From contig NC_057720.1 of NCBI RefSeq assembly GCF_004010195.1, positions 9,654,930-9,718,929 on the forward strand: 64,000 nucleotides of DNA, given 5' to 3'. Below, one piece after another: positions 63,390-64,000 of this stretch. The notes under the pieces were generated by a model. That model worked only from the letters and a program-made list of their open reading frames with translations. It did no database searches and had not been told where the DNA came from. Numbering within the stretch: position 1 is the stretch's first letter; each line of letters opens with the position of its first letter. Source of the DNA: Chiloscyllium plagiosum (taxonomy: Eukaryota). The position numbers and the translations under genes are program-made.

Positions 63390-64000
63390 CAAGTATGGTC
63401 TTCATATTACAAACAAGGTGTGGAAGTGCTGGAGAATGTACAGCAATGATTCACAAGCATTACTTCAAAACTGTGAGCTTATAGTTCTCAAAAATAACCA
63501 AACAGGTTTGAAAACAGAATGCTGATCAACAACTTTATAATTCTGAGCGGGAGTCATAAGGAAGATACATGGAGGGACTATCTTATGAGGAGAGGTTGAG
63601 TAGTGTTGAATTTAGAAGAATAAGAGATGACCTCATTAAAGCAGATAAGATTCTTCGGCAGGGTAGATGGGGAAAGTAAAACAGAAATTGCTGGAAAAGC
63701 TCAGCAGGTCTGGCAGCATCTGTGGAGAGAAATCAGAGTTAACGTTTTGGGTCAAGTGACCCTTCTTCAGAACTGAGGGTTCCACCTGAAATGTTAATTT
63801 GAATTTCTCTTCTCAGATGCTGCCAGACCTGCTGAGCTTTTCCAGCAACCTCTCTTTTGTTGTTTCTGGGTTACAGCATCCACTGTACTTTTGGTTTTTA
63901 CTTCGATGGGGAAAGATTGTTTCTCCTTGTGGGAGAGTCTAGGATCATCCCAGAATAAGGGGTTATATATTTAAGACAGAGATGAGAAGAAATTTCTTTT
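63390..64000 (+). mobile_element. CR1 3' fragments running off the window end
   Basis: tatgaggagaggttgag..gaatttagaagaataagagatgacctc; gagatgagaagaaatttc. Confidence 0.7.
63677..63904. mobile_element. Palindromic PLE-derived element (family B)
   Basis: 11-bp TSD gatggggaaag; minus strand agtt-CTGAAGA-a-gggtc-actt-gaccc-AAAA-cgtt-aact at 63737-63774. Confidence 0.85.

Overview
A repeat-dense, non-coding stretch of a cartilaginous-fish (shark) genome, inferred from HE1-type V-SINEs with CR1/HER1-like LINE partners and Deu-domain SINEs. It is a draft scaffold with three N-gaps. I found no host protein-coding exon that I can support, and the recognisable ORF-track entries are decayed retroelement frames or chance ORFs in SINEs and minisatellites. 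Contents: many CR1 LINE fragments (one near-complete decayed ORF2 at ~59070-62100), L2-type and Rex/Babar-type LINE fragments, about 17 HE1-like SINEs, other tRNA SINEs, Tigger-like MITEs, solo LTRs and Penelope-like elements (PLEs). Most notable: (1) four PLE-derived short-repeat families, each carrying a minimal hammerhead-ribozyme motif with covarying stems, often inserted as TSD-flanked palindromes; (2) two copies of a non-coding retroposon with a LINE-type tail and an internal expanded minisatellite (SVA-like layout); (3) a fragmented Gmr1-like Gypsy relic with protease-integrase-RT order that the ORF track misses; (4) a 187-bp locally templated inverted duplication inside a CR1 tail. All calls are by eye, without database searches. 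Boundaries are approximate unless TSDs are quoted.
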